NCBI GenBank assembly: GCA_016748015.1
Contig: JAAOMT010000699.1
Coordinates: forward strand, 124,001 to 188,000
Source of the DNA: Geosiphon pyriformis uo1
Taxonomy: Eukaryota > Fungi > Glomeromycota
Direction of reading: 5' to 3'
Length of the DNA: 64,000 nucleotides
The notes below the pieces were generated by a model that ran no database searches, was not told the DNA's origin, and saw only the letters and a list, made by a program, of their open reading frames with translations. This document shows, piece by piece, positions 19,934 to 34,235 of the stretch. Position 1 is the stretch's first letter, and every line of letters begins with the position of its first letter. The translations under genes and the position numbers were made by a program.

Positions 19934-22900
19934 ATGCTCTAAAGAAAAACAGGGAGCTTTAGTTGGTACTACAGAATATGTGCAAAGCTTATAATTCAGT
20001 GAGCTGGCATTATTTGCAAGCAAGCTTGTGTTACATCAAAATGTGTGAATGTTTTATCCAATTTTTTGGCAACATTCATGGGGACTGGATCAACAGAGTG
20101 ATGACTGACTTTGGGCTTTTGGATAGTTATAGAGTACATGATAGGTTAGATCAAGAAAAGATTTTTTCTTCACTGCTTTAGAGAATATTTTATGATCCAC
20201 TTTTGTGTGAAGTAAAAAAGCATGAGCAATTATGCGGATATAGAATTGATTCTAGGTTTGTAGCAAAATCTGGCAGGATTGAGATGAGTGAAGGAAAAAC
20301 CTCCTTTTTGGCTGCAGATGCTTTTGTTAATGATACAATTTGGGTTAAAAGTAGTCAGGCATTTATGCAATATATTTTGAATATTGCAAATGAATTTTTT
20401 GTGATCAACAACATCTCAATTAATAACAATAAGACGGTAGCAATTTTTATCAATCGAGGAGTTAAAAATGCTTTACTGTTAATTAATGGAGTACCTATTT
20501 TTATTGCTAAAAAGGGTAAATCACACTGATACTTGGGTATCTTTCTGTCAACTAAGAGTCTCTCTAAGCCCAGTTTGGCTCAAGTCCATAAGAATGTCAG
20601 GTTTTTTTCTAATATAGTGTTAAGGAAAGCTATTATGGACAAACAATTCTGTTATTTGGTTTTAGCAGTTTTACAGCCCATTGTTAGCTATCATACACAA
20701 TTCAGTTTTATTTCTTTAGGTGTGTGTTATAAGTGAGATATCATAATTAGAAAAAGCCTCAGAGCCAAAGCTGGTTTACCATATGACTTCCTTAGTAAGG
20801 TCTTGTACCACCCTTCTTTATATGAGTTGAAGCCTTTTGAGCAAGTGCAGTCTGAAGAGAAACTGGTGTCACTGATTTTATTTTCTAATGGCTATGGTAT
20901 TCTTGAACATTTATTTAATTATAGATTTTTGGATTTGCAAGTTCTGGGATGGTCTCCTTTGAATCCTTTGCAATTTCCTGTTAGGTTGCATGTTAGTTCT
21001 ATTAACAATTTCTTGGCAGGAGTAATGAAGATTTTTTTGGAAAATGATTTATCTTTAACGAACAATTTATTTTGTGCCTTTCATAAGCCTGGTAATTTCC
21101 TAATGTCTAGCATTCTGGGTCAGTCTTTGTATTACAAATCTATTTTTTCATTAAAGTGTTTTGGTGTTGCTTTTGGTAACAGAATTCTTGACAAGAAAGA
21201 AAAAGTGATGGACTGGAAAACATTTTGGTATTAGAAATAATTAGACCCGAGGAGCCCTGTGTCTTACTGGTTTTCTTTGATGTCTGATTTTATGAACAAT
21301 TGTATTTTTTTGGAGATCGGAGCTGCTACTGCTACTAAGGAGGATGTGCTAAGTGTTTTGGATTCTGATAGGCTCTCTGAAGTTCGTGATAGTCTGTTGG
21401 AGATATGGTCTGATTGTATTGAGGTTTATATAGATGGGTCTTTGAAGTGTGCTGGTTCTGTTGGAGTGGCAGATGGAGCAGCTGCAGATGCAGGCATTGG
21501 AGTAAAAGTCACTGGACTTTTGTCCTCTACTTTAGCTGAACTGTAAGCTGTGATGTTGGTCTTGGAGTGTGTTCCATCCTCTTGCTCAGTAGTTTTATAC
21601 TCAGATAGTTGATCTGCAATTGATGCCTGTATTTCTGAGGCTTCTTTGACTACACCTGACTTCTGTAACCAATGTTAGATTGAAAAATTGCAAATTGCCA
21701 ATCTTCTTAAGAACAAAAATATTTCAATTAAGTAGGTAAAGATTAAAGAACATTCAGATATATTGGGCAACATAAGGGCTAATGTGCTGGCTAATAAGAC
21801 TATTTCTTCATCTCTTTTTTTGCCAGTTAATATCTGGAAGAGGTTTCTAGTTGCTGAAAAAACTGCCATATCTGGCAATGTTTGTCATTTTGCCCAGAAC
21901 TTACACCAGTTAATATGCTGCACTCATTGGAAAGCTGGTCCTGGTTTTGATATAGTTCCAAATGTTTTGATTAAGGAGATAGATTGGGATATTACTGCAA
22001 CAATTTGGCATTCTGATTTACACATGCTTTCTGGGTTTACTAGTAGGAAGTCAGCCAATTTATGCATGTATTTAATGAAAGCTATATATAGACGGCTGCC
22101 AGTTGCAATTAGAAAAAGATTGTATAGTAGAAGTTATCCTGGTGTTTTGTGTTTGCTATGTGGCAAGGTAGAGTTCTCTGATCATGTTTTCACTTGTTCT
22201 GGTAACTCTGGTCTCCATGGGAACATTTTGGTTGAAGCTGCTAATAAATGAATGTTGATGTCTAGTCTTTTGAATTCATCTTCTTCTGCTATTTTGCTCT
22301 TGCTCTTGTCATGTTCTTTGAATGTGGGTCTTTATACAGCAGTATACAAGGATTTTGTAATAAAAAATTGGTATGCTGAAGCTGTTTCAGTTTTTGAGAG
22401 AAAAAAGAAAGCTATTCAAACCCTAGTGGAATTCATTAGATTTGTGGTGGAATTGCAGTGCACTCAGATATGGACTGTTAGAACCAAGCATAGAGCAGAA
22501 ATAGAAAAGACTAATTTGGTTGGAGATAATGGTGTGATTTCTGGCTTGTTCAGCAGTATAGTTTCTACATTGTCAGCTGGTATTGTCTACATGCTTGGTA
22601 TTATTGAATCTTTTGCTGTTAAGTTTGGTAGGCACAAATTGTGTTGTTTTTTCTCAGATTTAGGTGGTGATGCTTTTGTTACCATAGGTGTATAGTGTTG
22701 CCTTGTTTGGCCCAAGTGGCTGGCCATATGTAGTCTGTGCATAAGCTGCATTTAGTTGGTTCTACTTAGTTTGGTTTTATGTATTAAATAGCAGTTGGAC
22801 TTTATTCGTAAAACTTGTAATAAAAAAATAAAATAAAATTAGTTATTTTATTATTTTAAAAATAAATAATTTATAAAAATTTAATAATTTTTATTAAAAA

Positions 22901-23918
22901 TAAAATTAATAATAATTTAATATTAACAACATTAAAAAAAATAACTAAAATTTTTGGTAATATTTAATGTTTTTCAAAAATTTAGTACAATAAAAAAAAT
23001 TATATTAATAATTATTTTTAATATAATAATTTTAAAATATTATTAGTTATTTATACTTATTATAAATAAAAATTTAAAATCTTAAATAAAATTTTAGTTG
23101 TAAAAAACTTTACAAATATTTTAAAAATTAAATTAATCTTAAAAATTACAATATTACAAAAATAAAATATAATTTTCTTAAAATTTTAATCTATTATTTA
23201 ACAAAATAAATAGAAATTATTAATTTTAATATTTATTAAAGAATTTAATTATAATATTATCAAATTTTATAAAAAAATATTCAGTTAACCATTAATTTTT
23301 GCTTAACTTAAAATTAAATTTAAAAATAATAATAACAAAAAACAAAAAAATTTAATAATTTATTTAAATAATTTACAACATATTAAAAATAATTGTAAAA
23401 TATTTACAAATTACTATTTTTAGTTATATTATTTCTAAAATTATTTATAAAAACTTAAATACTTAATTTATTATTTGTTTATTTTTTAAGATCAAAAAAT
23501 TTTAAATTACTAAAAAATCTAATTTAACAACCAAAATTAATTTACATTAATATTAATTTAATTATTTATTTAAAAAAAATCAAAGCAATTAAAATTTTTA
23601 AGCTTATTTTAAAAACAAAAAAAAAAATTTTTAACTATTTTTTATATTGCCAAAATTCCAAAATTTTTAAAAAAAATACTGAAACTAGTTTTTAAAAATG
23701 GTATTACTCATAGAAAAAGCATACAAAAAAACAATAAAAAAAACAGATAAACTAATAAGAGAATAGTAGTTAACACATAAACACATTGTTTGAAAAATTA
23801 TAATATATTGCTCGAAAATGAAAGCAATCTTGTAGAACCCAAATTATGTATATATAACAAGAGTGTTAAAAGCAGAAAAAACAGAATTAATACCAAAATT
23901 TCCTATTAAAAACATCTT

Positions 23919-26900
23919 AGTTAGAATTATCAATATTAATAAAATAATTATTTACTATCTAAATTATTCTTTATATTATTAACAGTTTATATTAATAGTA
24001 TTCAATATTTAATTACACTGGAATAATAGTTCTTAATCATGACTATTAATGGAATACTAACTTTTCTTGCCTTGGCTTATTTTTTATTTCATTTTTTTTA
24101 TTTTTTTTATTTTCTTTTTCTTTTATTGTTGATTTACTAATTGATTTAAAAAAATTAATGTACAGGATACTAATATCAAAATATAGCATTGGTAAAAAAC
24201 CCAGAAATAAGAGTAAACACTCAGAATTAAGAATAGCTTATTAAGAGATTACCAGCTACTACACCAAGAAAAAAATTGTCAGAATTGCAATTCTGGGAAG
24301 TGACAGACATCAAAACAAAATACATACTAAAAAACATTAATAAAAAAACTCTCTATTGAATTTCTGTCTATTGTACAAAAGACTTAACCCAAAACCTTTA
24401 GATATTACCAACACAATTTCAACTATTAAGCACCAAGTTACAGATTTGTTATTTGATTTAAGATCCTAAATAATTACCAATAATATTTGGTGCTCCCTAT
24501 AAAGTATAATTTTACAGAAAACCAGCACCAACAACAACTATTCAAAAGTGGCAGAATCCAAAAGAAGAAAAACCAACTATTTAGGATTTGCCAAATCCTT
24601 ATTTCAACACTACTGTCAACATTTGGAGTTAACTAACAACCAACTATTAACAAAATTAACTTTCAACTTTTATGTCAATAAAAGAATTAAATATTTTCTA
24701 AGAGAACCAGTAAATACAGAATTAGCAAGAAGAAATTTCAACAACAAAATAATTTAATACATCAACTTATCATTAAATTACAACTTTGCTTCAATTATTA
24801 TTAAAATCAATAGAGAAATTGAAAATCACATCCAATAAACATTTTCTATTATCTATGCAGAAAAAAACAAAGAAAAACTACAAATATCAGCAGGAACTTT
24901 AAAGCAAATACAATTACCTACTTGGAAGAAACAAAGAGTTGATTTACCAGCTAATCTGTTCAAGCAGTAATTATTACAATAAATAATATAAAAAAAATTC
25001 AATTGAAAAAACTAACAACTTTTCTTTTACAATTAATAGAATTATTATTTCAGTTAAAGTTTTAATTATGAACACACTCTAATATTAAGCTTTCATTAAA
25101 AACAATTAACTTCTCAAAGCCAATGCAAACTTGGATTAAGAAACTCAAAAACTGAAAATTTTATATTAAAAACAATATACTAAAGTATTTACTATTTATA
25201 ACATTTTTACAAATAATCAGAAAAAGTTTTTGTGTTTGAATTTGAAAAAAAAAGAGAAACCAATTACTAAAACTTATATGGCACTGGATTATCATCTAAT
25301 TAAATTAAAAAAACTAAACAGTTATTCAAAATATTTATATTGCAATCAATATTATTATAGTCTAAAAAGATTGGCCAACAATTTATCTTTATAATAAAAC
25401 CAAAACAAAAAAACAGCCACTTTATATTTTACTTAAATGCAAAAATTATAACAAAAAGCTTTTATTTATAAAAGTTTGCATATTATTAAAATAGAAATAT
25501 GAAATTTATATTTACTATTACTGTAAAATTTACTACCAGAAACAATTTAGCAGCTTAAAATAAAAAAAAAATAGGACAATATACTTTGTTTTATATGTGA
25601 AAAATTATTGTTAAAAAAATACAATTGGATCAATATTGCAATAAAAGAAAAAGTATATAACTAAACATATTAATATATCTTATTAATTATTAAAAAAATT
25701 AAAAAAAAACTCTATTTAAAATGATATACAATAATATTTTTAACAAACTTTATTATTATTTATGCAATACTAAAATAATTTATAAGCTAACTATAATTTT
25801 AATCAATGAAAAAACTCAAAAAAATATTAGGCAGATAAAAAAATTTGAATATATTGTATATATATTTAAAATTACTAGAAACAATTATGAAAATAAAATA
25901 AAAACTTATTACTAAATTACAAATTATGTATATGTAACCAAAAAAACTTAAATTTAATAATTAGAGTAAATTAATATTCAATTATATAAAGAATACATTA
26001 TGTTTTGTAATAACTAATAGTATTTAGAATACTATGTTTTTAGCATTTTTTTGATCAGTAAAAACAATAAAAAAGAAATTGAATTTGGAAAATCCAAACT
26101 GGAAAAAAAAATTACAACTATTTTAATTTATTTTATAAAAAAACAGTCTATTATATAATTCAAATACTTTAATAATAATAATCAAGAAATCAAACTGAAA
26201 AAAATCCATAAAATTGATATAAAATATAATTTGTGATATTTTGGCAAAGATACTTTGATTTTCTAATCAAAATTACTTATAAAAATCAACTTAAAAATTG
26301 TTTTTAAAATTTTATTAAAAGTAATAATTTAATTTGTTTCTTACTTATTATTAACAAACAAATAAATTAACATTAAAAAAGAATTTATAAATGTAAAATA
26401 CATTAAAAATATTACAATTATATTATGAAAAAACTGATAAACTCTTTAAAATTAAACATATTAAAAAAATTGCTTAAGTTATTTACTTATTTTTAATTTA
26501 TATTTTGGGTTTGCAATCAGTTTTATTATAAAAACAATTAAGAAAAAGTAAAAAAAAATGCAAAATTTTGGTTCAACTGAATAATTTACAGTTTTAATAA
26601 ACATAGTTTTTAATATACAAAACAAATTTTACCAGATTTTCAGATTTCTACAACTAATTATTATCTTACTTTTTTAAAAATATTATAAAATTTACACTTG
26701 TCCAAAATCTATTATTATACAATAAATCTTTAAATCAAATAAACAAATTTGTTTAAAGCATATAATTTTGATCTTAAATGTTTATATTTTAAAAAAAATA
26801 AAAAAGTTTCAAAATACATTCTACAATACTAATAATTACTTCATTATTTTATTAAATAAATTAAAAATTAAAATTATATATAGCAATATCTTTCCAAAAA

Positions 26901-29900
26901 AAATTTTAATTTGTTTATAATTTTATTAAAATTGTAAAACATACTTTTTTCTTAAATCTAAATATTATTTTTAGTACTGAAAACTATTATATTATTGAAA
27001 AAAAACTTGCTTAAATTAACATGAATCTCCTAAAATTACAACAGCAAAGACAACTAAAACAGTTTATTATTAAATATGCTAATATATTTGCTAAAGACAA
27101 CAATGATCTGAAAAAAACTGATATTGTTTAACATTAAATTTACACAGAAAATGCTTTATTAAAATAACAACAAATATACTAAGTTCCATCTGCCAACTAC
27201 TATTTTATCAGAAAAAAAATTTAACAAATGCTTAATAATAATCTTATATAATTATTAAAAAGTTTTTGGGTCTTACTAATTGTTTTAGTCAAAAAAAATG
27301 ACAAAATTAAATTTTGTGTTAACTATTATCAATTAAATAATATTATAATTAGAAATGTTTATTTATTATCAAAAAATAACAATATATTAGATATATTAAG
27401 AAAGCCAAGTACTTTTTAACTTTGAACTTAGAGAACAAATACTAGTAAGTTAAAATAGATTTTAAAGACCACTTCAAAACAGTATTTACCACTTAAAAAA
27501 AAAACTACAAATTCAACATAATGCCTTTTGAACTCTGCAATATACCAATAACATTTTAATAACTTATAGATATTGTTTATAAAAGACTTTTATAGTAATT
27601 AATAGTTATTTACTTTAATAATACTAATGTTTACTTTCTGACTTTTAAAGCTTATTTGATTTATCTGCAAAAAGTTTTTTAATAATTATAAAAAACAGAA
27701 TTAAAATTAAATATTGAGAAATATTATTTTGAAAAAACAAGCTTGATTTTTCTTGAATACATTATTAACAAAAATAGAATCCTATTTAATTTAAGAACAA
27801 TTAGTGTTATAAAAAATTTCAAAGTTCTCTAAATACTATTAAATTAAAAAAATTTATTAAATTAATCTTTTATTGTTGGAAATTCAACAGAAATTTTCTA
27901 AAATTGCCAAATTTTTAACAATCTAATTAACAAAAATATAAAATATTAATAAACTTTAGTACAATAAAAAGCTTTTAATATTTTCAAAAAAAAGTTAACA
28001 ACAGCTTTAATTTTTGCTTATTTGAACTTTAATAAACAGTTTTAATTAGCTATCAATGCTTCTTAAACAGTATTTGGTGTCATTTTATTATAATTAGATA
28101 ATAATAACAATAAGCAAATAATTGTTTATAATAGCAAAACTCTTAAACTAGCAGAACTTAAATATGATTTCACTAAATTAAAAGCAGCAACTATTATTTA
28201 GATCTTTAAATACTTTCAACAATATCTTTAAAATAAATAAAAATTTGATATTATTACTGATAATATTGGCTTTAAATAACTCAATAAAAAAAAACCTGAA
28301 TTAAATACAAAACAAGCACAATAAACTAATTTTCTTACTAATTATAAATATATTGTTTATTATAAACCAAAAAAATTACATATTAATGTAAATAGTTTTT
28401 TAAAAATAAGACAAAATCAAAATTAATATTAACAACTCACTAACTTAACAACAACAATTAACAAACAATAGATTCTAAAAATTACAACAATATTAAAAAT
28501 TATCTAAAAACTTTTACCATGTTAAAAAATTGGTTTTTAGCTAAAAAACACTAATTACAACACCAAACAAAACAATATTTTTTATATCACAACAAAATTT
28601 ATTATCAAAATTACCAAAATTTAAACAAACTACTTAAATTAGTACAATAAACTGAAAAAAAAACAATTTTATACAATATATATACAGATTTCTTATTAGT
28701 ATACTTAAAAAGAAATAATATGATTTAAAGAATACTTAAATATTATTTTTGGCTTTACATAGAAAAAAATATTTAACAGTATGTAAAATCTTATAATAAT
28801 TGTTAAAAAAAAGAAAAAACTTATTTTATTAAATCTTTAAATTCAATTAAAGTTAAACAATCTTTTGACAAAATATGTATTAATTTAATTGGACTGCTAC
28901 TTATATAAATTAAGAAAATTATTATGTTGTAATTATAATAAATTATCTTATCAAATAGCCCAAAGCCAGAGCCATCCAAAAAGCAAATATAAAATTAGTA
29001 ATAAATTTTATTTATAAAGATATTATTTGTAGATATAAATGCTTAATTAAACTTTTATTTAACCAAAAAATACATTTTATAAATAACCTAATACAAAAAA
29101 TTTGTAAATAATTTAATATTAAACAACTTTTATTATTATTTTACTATTCATAAACAAATAAATTAGTAAAATAATTTAATTGAATATTATGTAAATTATT
29201 AGTTAAAGTCTTAACTAACTTTAAACAGAAATAGGATATTTTTATTTCATCAATGTTGCTAGCATATAAAATACTAAAACAAGATACAATAAAGTACATA
29301 TTATTTAACTTAATTTATAAAAAAGCAGCAATATTATCAATTAATTTTATAGTAAAAACTTATTTAGTATAACCAATTACAGAAAAAAATGTTCAAATAA
29401 CATTCTAATAAAGAGTTTATATTCTTTTTAACATATTAAAAAAAAATGACAAATTGCAGTTATTTATATTAAATACTTCTAAGCTATATAAAAAGAGTAA
29501 TATAATAATAAACTGCTATTTACTATTAATAAATTCAAAATTGAAAATAAAGTTCTCTTATATAAAACTAAAACTAAAAAACAATAAAATAAAAAATTTA
29601 ATTATAAATAGAATAGACTATTTTATATTCATAAAATTTTAAGCAATAAATTATACAAGTTAAGACTTAATAGCAAAATTTTAGTAAAAATTGTACATAA
29701 AAATTAATTGAAACATTATTATTTTAGAATCAATTTTAAATTATTAATTTTACAAATTGGTACACATTTTTTTTTAATTAATTCTAAAAATATTTTTTGA
29801 AACTTAGAATTAATAATTGTAATAAAACAACAACTAAACCTAAATATTTAAATTATTTATTATATTAGTATTTTTTTTTAAAATAATACAAAAATGTTAA

Positions 29901-31628
29901 ACAAAAATAAAAAAATAATTGCCAGAAAATATTCAAACCAAAAATATATAAAACTTCTATATCAAAATAATTTTTTTTTTTTTTACAAATTTAGTATTTT
30001 TTTTATAATTTATAATAATTATTCTTCGAAATATTTAACAAATATTTCAAAAATTAATATTAACTTTAAAAACACTTTCTAATATATTCATAACAATTAA
30101 AAGAAATTAAATTAATTATATTTAGAAAAAACTACAACTTCAATAGTAAATAATTTTTAAAATTATTATTTTTATAAAAAAAACACAAAGTTACTTTGAA
30201 ATTCATTTATTAAAACTTTTAAAGCAAGTTTTGAAAGAAAATTTATTGTTTATTCTTATAAACATTTTTTTAAATGTCACAATATAACAAAAACTTCAAT
30301 TATATCTTAACAAAAACAGTAAATATACTTTTATATATCAATATTTTCAAATCAAAAAAACATTTTATCAACAAAAACTAGAACTTAAAACAATCAATTT
30401 TACTCTTAAAGTCATATAAAAACAAATATACTATAAATTCAAAACAACAGCTAGACCAACAAATACACAATACAAACTCAGAGCAGCTTTTAAACTTTAT
30501 AACTTATTTAATACTTGTAAAAACATCTTACAAAATCCAATACTTCAACCAATAAAAATTCAATATATTAACAAGCTTACAGAACTAAAATTTTAACAAT
30601 TTTCAGACCAAATTATTTTAATAATTTTGGATTATTATTTAGGTATCACAGATAGTACTTAAACTTTAACAAAGTTCAGTTTTGAAAAAAAAATTATGTT
30701 ATCAGTAAAATTTTAATTAATAATTAACATAAAATTAATTTTATAATTTTTATTATTAATTAGTATATATTATTATTATTTTTAATAATTATTATTATTT
30801 AATTAAATTATTGAATATTACTATTCAATTAATAACTTAATTTGTATAATACACAAATACAATAATCAGATTATGCAATATTTTGAACTTAGTAATATTC
30901 AAAAATTTGCTGAAATTTGTAGAAATTTACAAAATATCTTAATAGTTTACTAAAATAATTTATAGTTTTTAGAAACATCTTTAGTTTACCAAAATAATAG
31001 CAAAAAAAAAGTACAAATTTATAGACTAATATTATAATAAATTGTATAAAAGAAAAGCTTTTTTCTTTGAAAAAATATATTTTAGCAAGAATAATCTTTA
31101 TTAAAAATATCTTTACTTAATATCTATACAAATTATTTTAATAAAAATTACATTAAAAAACAACAAAAATTATAATTATTTCACTTGAAATTTTCGAATT
31201 CTTACTAATATTTTGAAATTAATTAGCTACCAATTTCAGTAATCTGTTAATAACTTCAAATCTGAATAAAAGACAATTTTTTTAATAAAATTCTTTTTTT
31301 TTACATTTTTTTTATTTTTTTTATTTTTATTATATATATTAAGATAGCCTACAGACGAAATTTCTGTAGAAAAATTGATTTTTACAGCAAAATAACTACA
31401 TATTTTTAGTGAATTTTTAGACAACCATTTCCTGAAAAATAGTTAACTTTTACTGCAAAGTAACTATACAAGTAATTAGTATGGAATTGGTTATTTTATT
31501 CATAAATCTAACAGTTCAAATTATAGAAAATAATTTAAAGATAAATTCAGTTATTAGAAGTTTAACAGCTTTCAAAAATTAGAATATTAATAATATTCAA
31601 GAAAAAAGACCAAAAATTTCTGGTAATA
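23919..31628 (+). mobile_element. Element C: heavily AT-eroded chimeric Ty3/gypsy element (family-D 5' LTR and gag start; pol, ORF3 and B-type 3' LTR)
   Basis: LTR ~23919-24485, PBS at 24488, gag N-terminus 24548-24960. Eroded motifs follow: protease (~24960-25200), Cys-rich (~25430-26050), dUTPase (~26160-26580, QNFGSTE), RT (~27050-27900, YLDD read as YFNN), RNase H (~28040-28420), integrase (~28470-29800), ORF3 (~30010-30710). 3' LTR 30697-31628. Confidence 0.82.
30697..31628 (+). repeat. 3' LTR of element C (B family)
   Basis: TGTTATCAG...TGGTAATA. Matches the reverse complement of the B LTR (tagcctacagacgaaatttctgtag; aattaattagctaccaatttcagtaa). Confidence 0.8.
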
Positions 31629-31649
31629 ATACTTATTAATAATATTTTG

Positions 31650-34200
31650 AATTTTAAATTTTTATTTAATGTAATTAAATATTAATAAAATTTTTTATTT
31701 TAATTAATATTTGCTTTAAATTAATTATAATTATTAATTAACAATAAACTTAATTTATTTGAATTTAATTTCTTTTAAATTTGAATTAATTTAACAATTT
31801 TTGGTTAATTATCTAATTATATAGTTTTTAAAATCTTAAAAATCAAAAATTTTAAATCATAAAATTTGATTAAAAATATTATTAAATTTAATTTTTTTTA
31901 GCATAAAGTTCAATAATTATAATTATAATTTTTTTTTGTATTATAGTTGTATTAAAAATAATCTACTAAAAATATTTTTAATTTTAAAATTATGTTTAGA
32001 ATATTTTTATTAATAATTAAAACAATATAATATTAGAATATAAATAGTTTACATTCTTTTTAAACAAAAATATTTTGATTTTTTTATAATTTACAATTTA
32101 ATTATATTTTTAAACTTACTTTTAATAACAATTAAAATTGAATTATTTATTTATTTATGTTATTAAATAATGTTTTTCTGTTTTGTAAATTGGTTATACT
32201 TTAATATTTCAAATTAAAAAATAAATTTAATTTAATATTTAATAAATCTATTCAAATATTAAATTTAAAATTGTATTCAAAAAACTTTTAAACTTTTTTT
32301 TTACAATTAATTTGAAATAAAATTAAAATTAATAAGTACATTATTTTTTAAAAAGTTTAATAATATTTTCAGAATTTTGTTAAAAACCAAAATTACTGCA
32401 AAAATTAACAAAAAAATAAAAATAAAACAGAAATTATATTGATAAAAAGTAATATAGATTTTATTAAAACATTTATGTAATTGATTAACACTCGAAATTT
32501 TTTTTTAAGTTTGAATAATTGTAAAACCAAACCAGATTTAAAAACAAAAAATCAAAAACCAAATTATTTTTCTTAAATCTGTAATAATTACTTGAATTTA
32601 AATTTTGTTATTAAATATAATAAAATAATTAATTAAAACAGTTTTTTTAACATAAACATAAACAAAATGTAATTTAAATAAAATTTTGAACTGAAAAAAT
32701 AGTATTATTTGAATAAAAAAATTAATTAATTATAAAAAAAATTTAATTAATATATAGCAACAAAAAATAATATGTAATAACATAAAATAATTAATAATAA
32801 TACAAAATAACTAACAATAATATTAAATAGTTAATAATAATATAAAATAATATAAAATAGCATAAAATAATAGATTATAATTAACAATAGTAAAACAATA
32901 TAAAAAAATATATTTTTATTAACTTATCTTTTAATATTAATTAAAATATTTTTATAATAATTTATATTAAACTTTTATTTATTATTTTTATAAATTTACT
33001 TATTTTTTTTTATTTTTTTCTTAAGAAGTATTAATTAGTTCAAAAAAATCAGAATAAAACAAAAAATAATTAAATTATTGTAAACATAATTTGATATTAT
33101 AATAGTTTGGTAAAAATTTTTAAAGATTATTAACATATTAAAAAAACAAAAAGATAATATTAAATTCTATTATTACAATTAAGTAATATAAAATAAGATA
33201 AAATATTATTACAATTAATTATTATTATTCTATTAATATATTTATATAAAATGTTTTAATATTTTTATTTATTATAAAAAAATATTTAGAAATAAAAACA
33301 CAAAAAGTAAATTGATAGAACTTTTAAATTAAATCAAAAATCTTTAGATATTAACAAAATTATTATATTTTATCTTAACAAAAGATTTATTTTTTTATTA
33401 AATTACTATGTTATTAATTTAAGTAGTAATTTTAAAAGTATTATGCAAATTACATGTAATTTTAAATAAAAAAGATAAGTAAATTTTTTAAAAACAAAAA
33501 ACTAAGATTTAATTTATAAATTTTTGTAAAAAATATTTTTATTTGAAATTAAATATAAATAAAAACAGATTTTAACTTTAATTTTAAAATAAATAAATAT
33601 AAAAAATATTTGAATATTTTTTTTTAAGTTAAAACTATTTATATATATATATTTAATTTTATAAAATAGGTTTAAAAGCTTAATATTTTTTATAATATTT
33701 TGTTATTGCTTTATAGTTTATTATCTTATAATATTTTATAATATTTTTATTATTTTTAGTTATTTGATATTATTATTAGTTATTTTATATTATTATTAGT
33801 TATATTGTATTATTGCTAATTATTTCATGTTATTCTATATTATTTTGTGTGTTATTACATATTAATTGGGTTTTTTGTAATTAATTGGTTTTTTTAATTT
33901 AAATAACAATATTTGTAAATTGTATATTTAAGTAAGTTTATATTAAACAAATATCTAATTTATGATTTTTATTAAATTTTTTCCTAATTTAAACAAATTA
34001 CATTAATACTTTATATAAGTAGTTAATATTTTTATTAACAATGCAAAGATTTTTGTTTACAAAAGCAAAAATATTTTATAAATTATATGTAATTGTGTTT
34101 ATTAACAAAAATATATAATAAAACATAATACATATTTTTTTTTAATTCAAAATTTTTTGTTTATATTATTTTTTGTTACACATACAGTTTTTTTTCAATA
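31650..34200. mobile_element. Extremely AT-rich decayed transposon debris, including two LINE 5'-UTR-like arrays (~32750-32900 and inverted ~33690-33865) and a family-D LTR remnant (~32930-33400)
   Basis: ATAAC/ATAAT 10-bp periodicity as at 1905-2130. taatagtttggtaaaaa and aaaagataatattaaattcta match the solo LTR at 2265-2832. Confidence 0.4.
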
Positions 34201-34235
34201 AAAATCAACTATATAAAAATAATATGATTTAATAA

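Larger units (their letters stand above)
11586..22695 (+). pseudogene. LINE ORF2 polyprotein (AP endonuclease, RT, RNase H, C-terminal Cys/His finger), segments 11586-13504 and 19938-22695
   Basis: APE motifs (ATCNIRG, IVTETKL, GGDFN, IDFILVS, TDHK). RT motifs (AAGLSGIP, KAYNSV, LDQEKIFSSLL, AFVNDTIW as an eroded FVDD). RNase H (EVYIDGS, STLAEL, LYSDS, KEHSDILGNIRA). CLLCGKVEFSDHVFTC. Many nonsense changes. Confidence 0.9.
3480..22830 (+). mobile_element. Full-length LINE (ORF1 plus ORF2 APE-RT-RNase H-Zn finger, ~6.8 kb without inserts), interrupted by LTR elements A and B
   Basis: ORF1 and ORF2 frames rejoin across both insertions (GKSAT|AKTQLIRKIF; VVED|ALKKNREL). ATGA overlap of the ORF1 stop and ORF2 start at 11586-11589. 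3' UTR and A-rich tail at ~22696-22830. The 5' end is approximate. Confidence 0.9.

Noticed and set aside
3480-22830. Idea that the host LINE supplies RT/RNase H to the two RT-less LTR elements as a tripartite system
   Set aside because: The insertions disrupt the LINE, the LINE is older and more decayed, and LINE RT uses target-primed rather than tRNA-primed synthesis.
25721-31424. Short Lys/Asn/Ile-rich ORFs in the ORF track
   Set aside because: By-products of AT erosion within element C, not independent genes.
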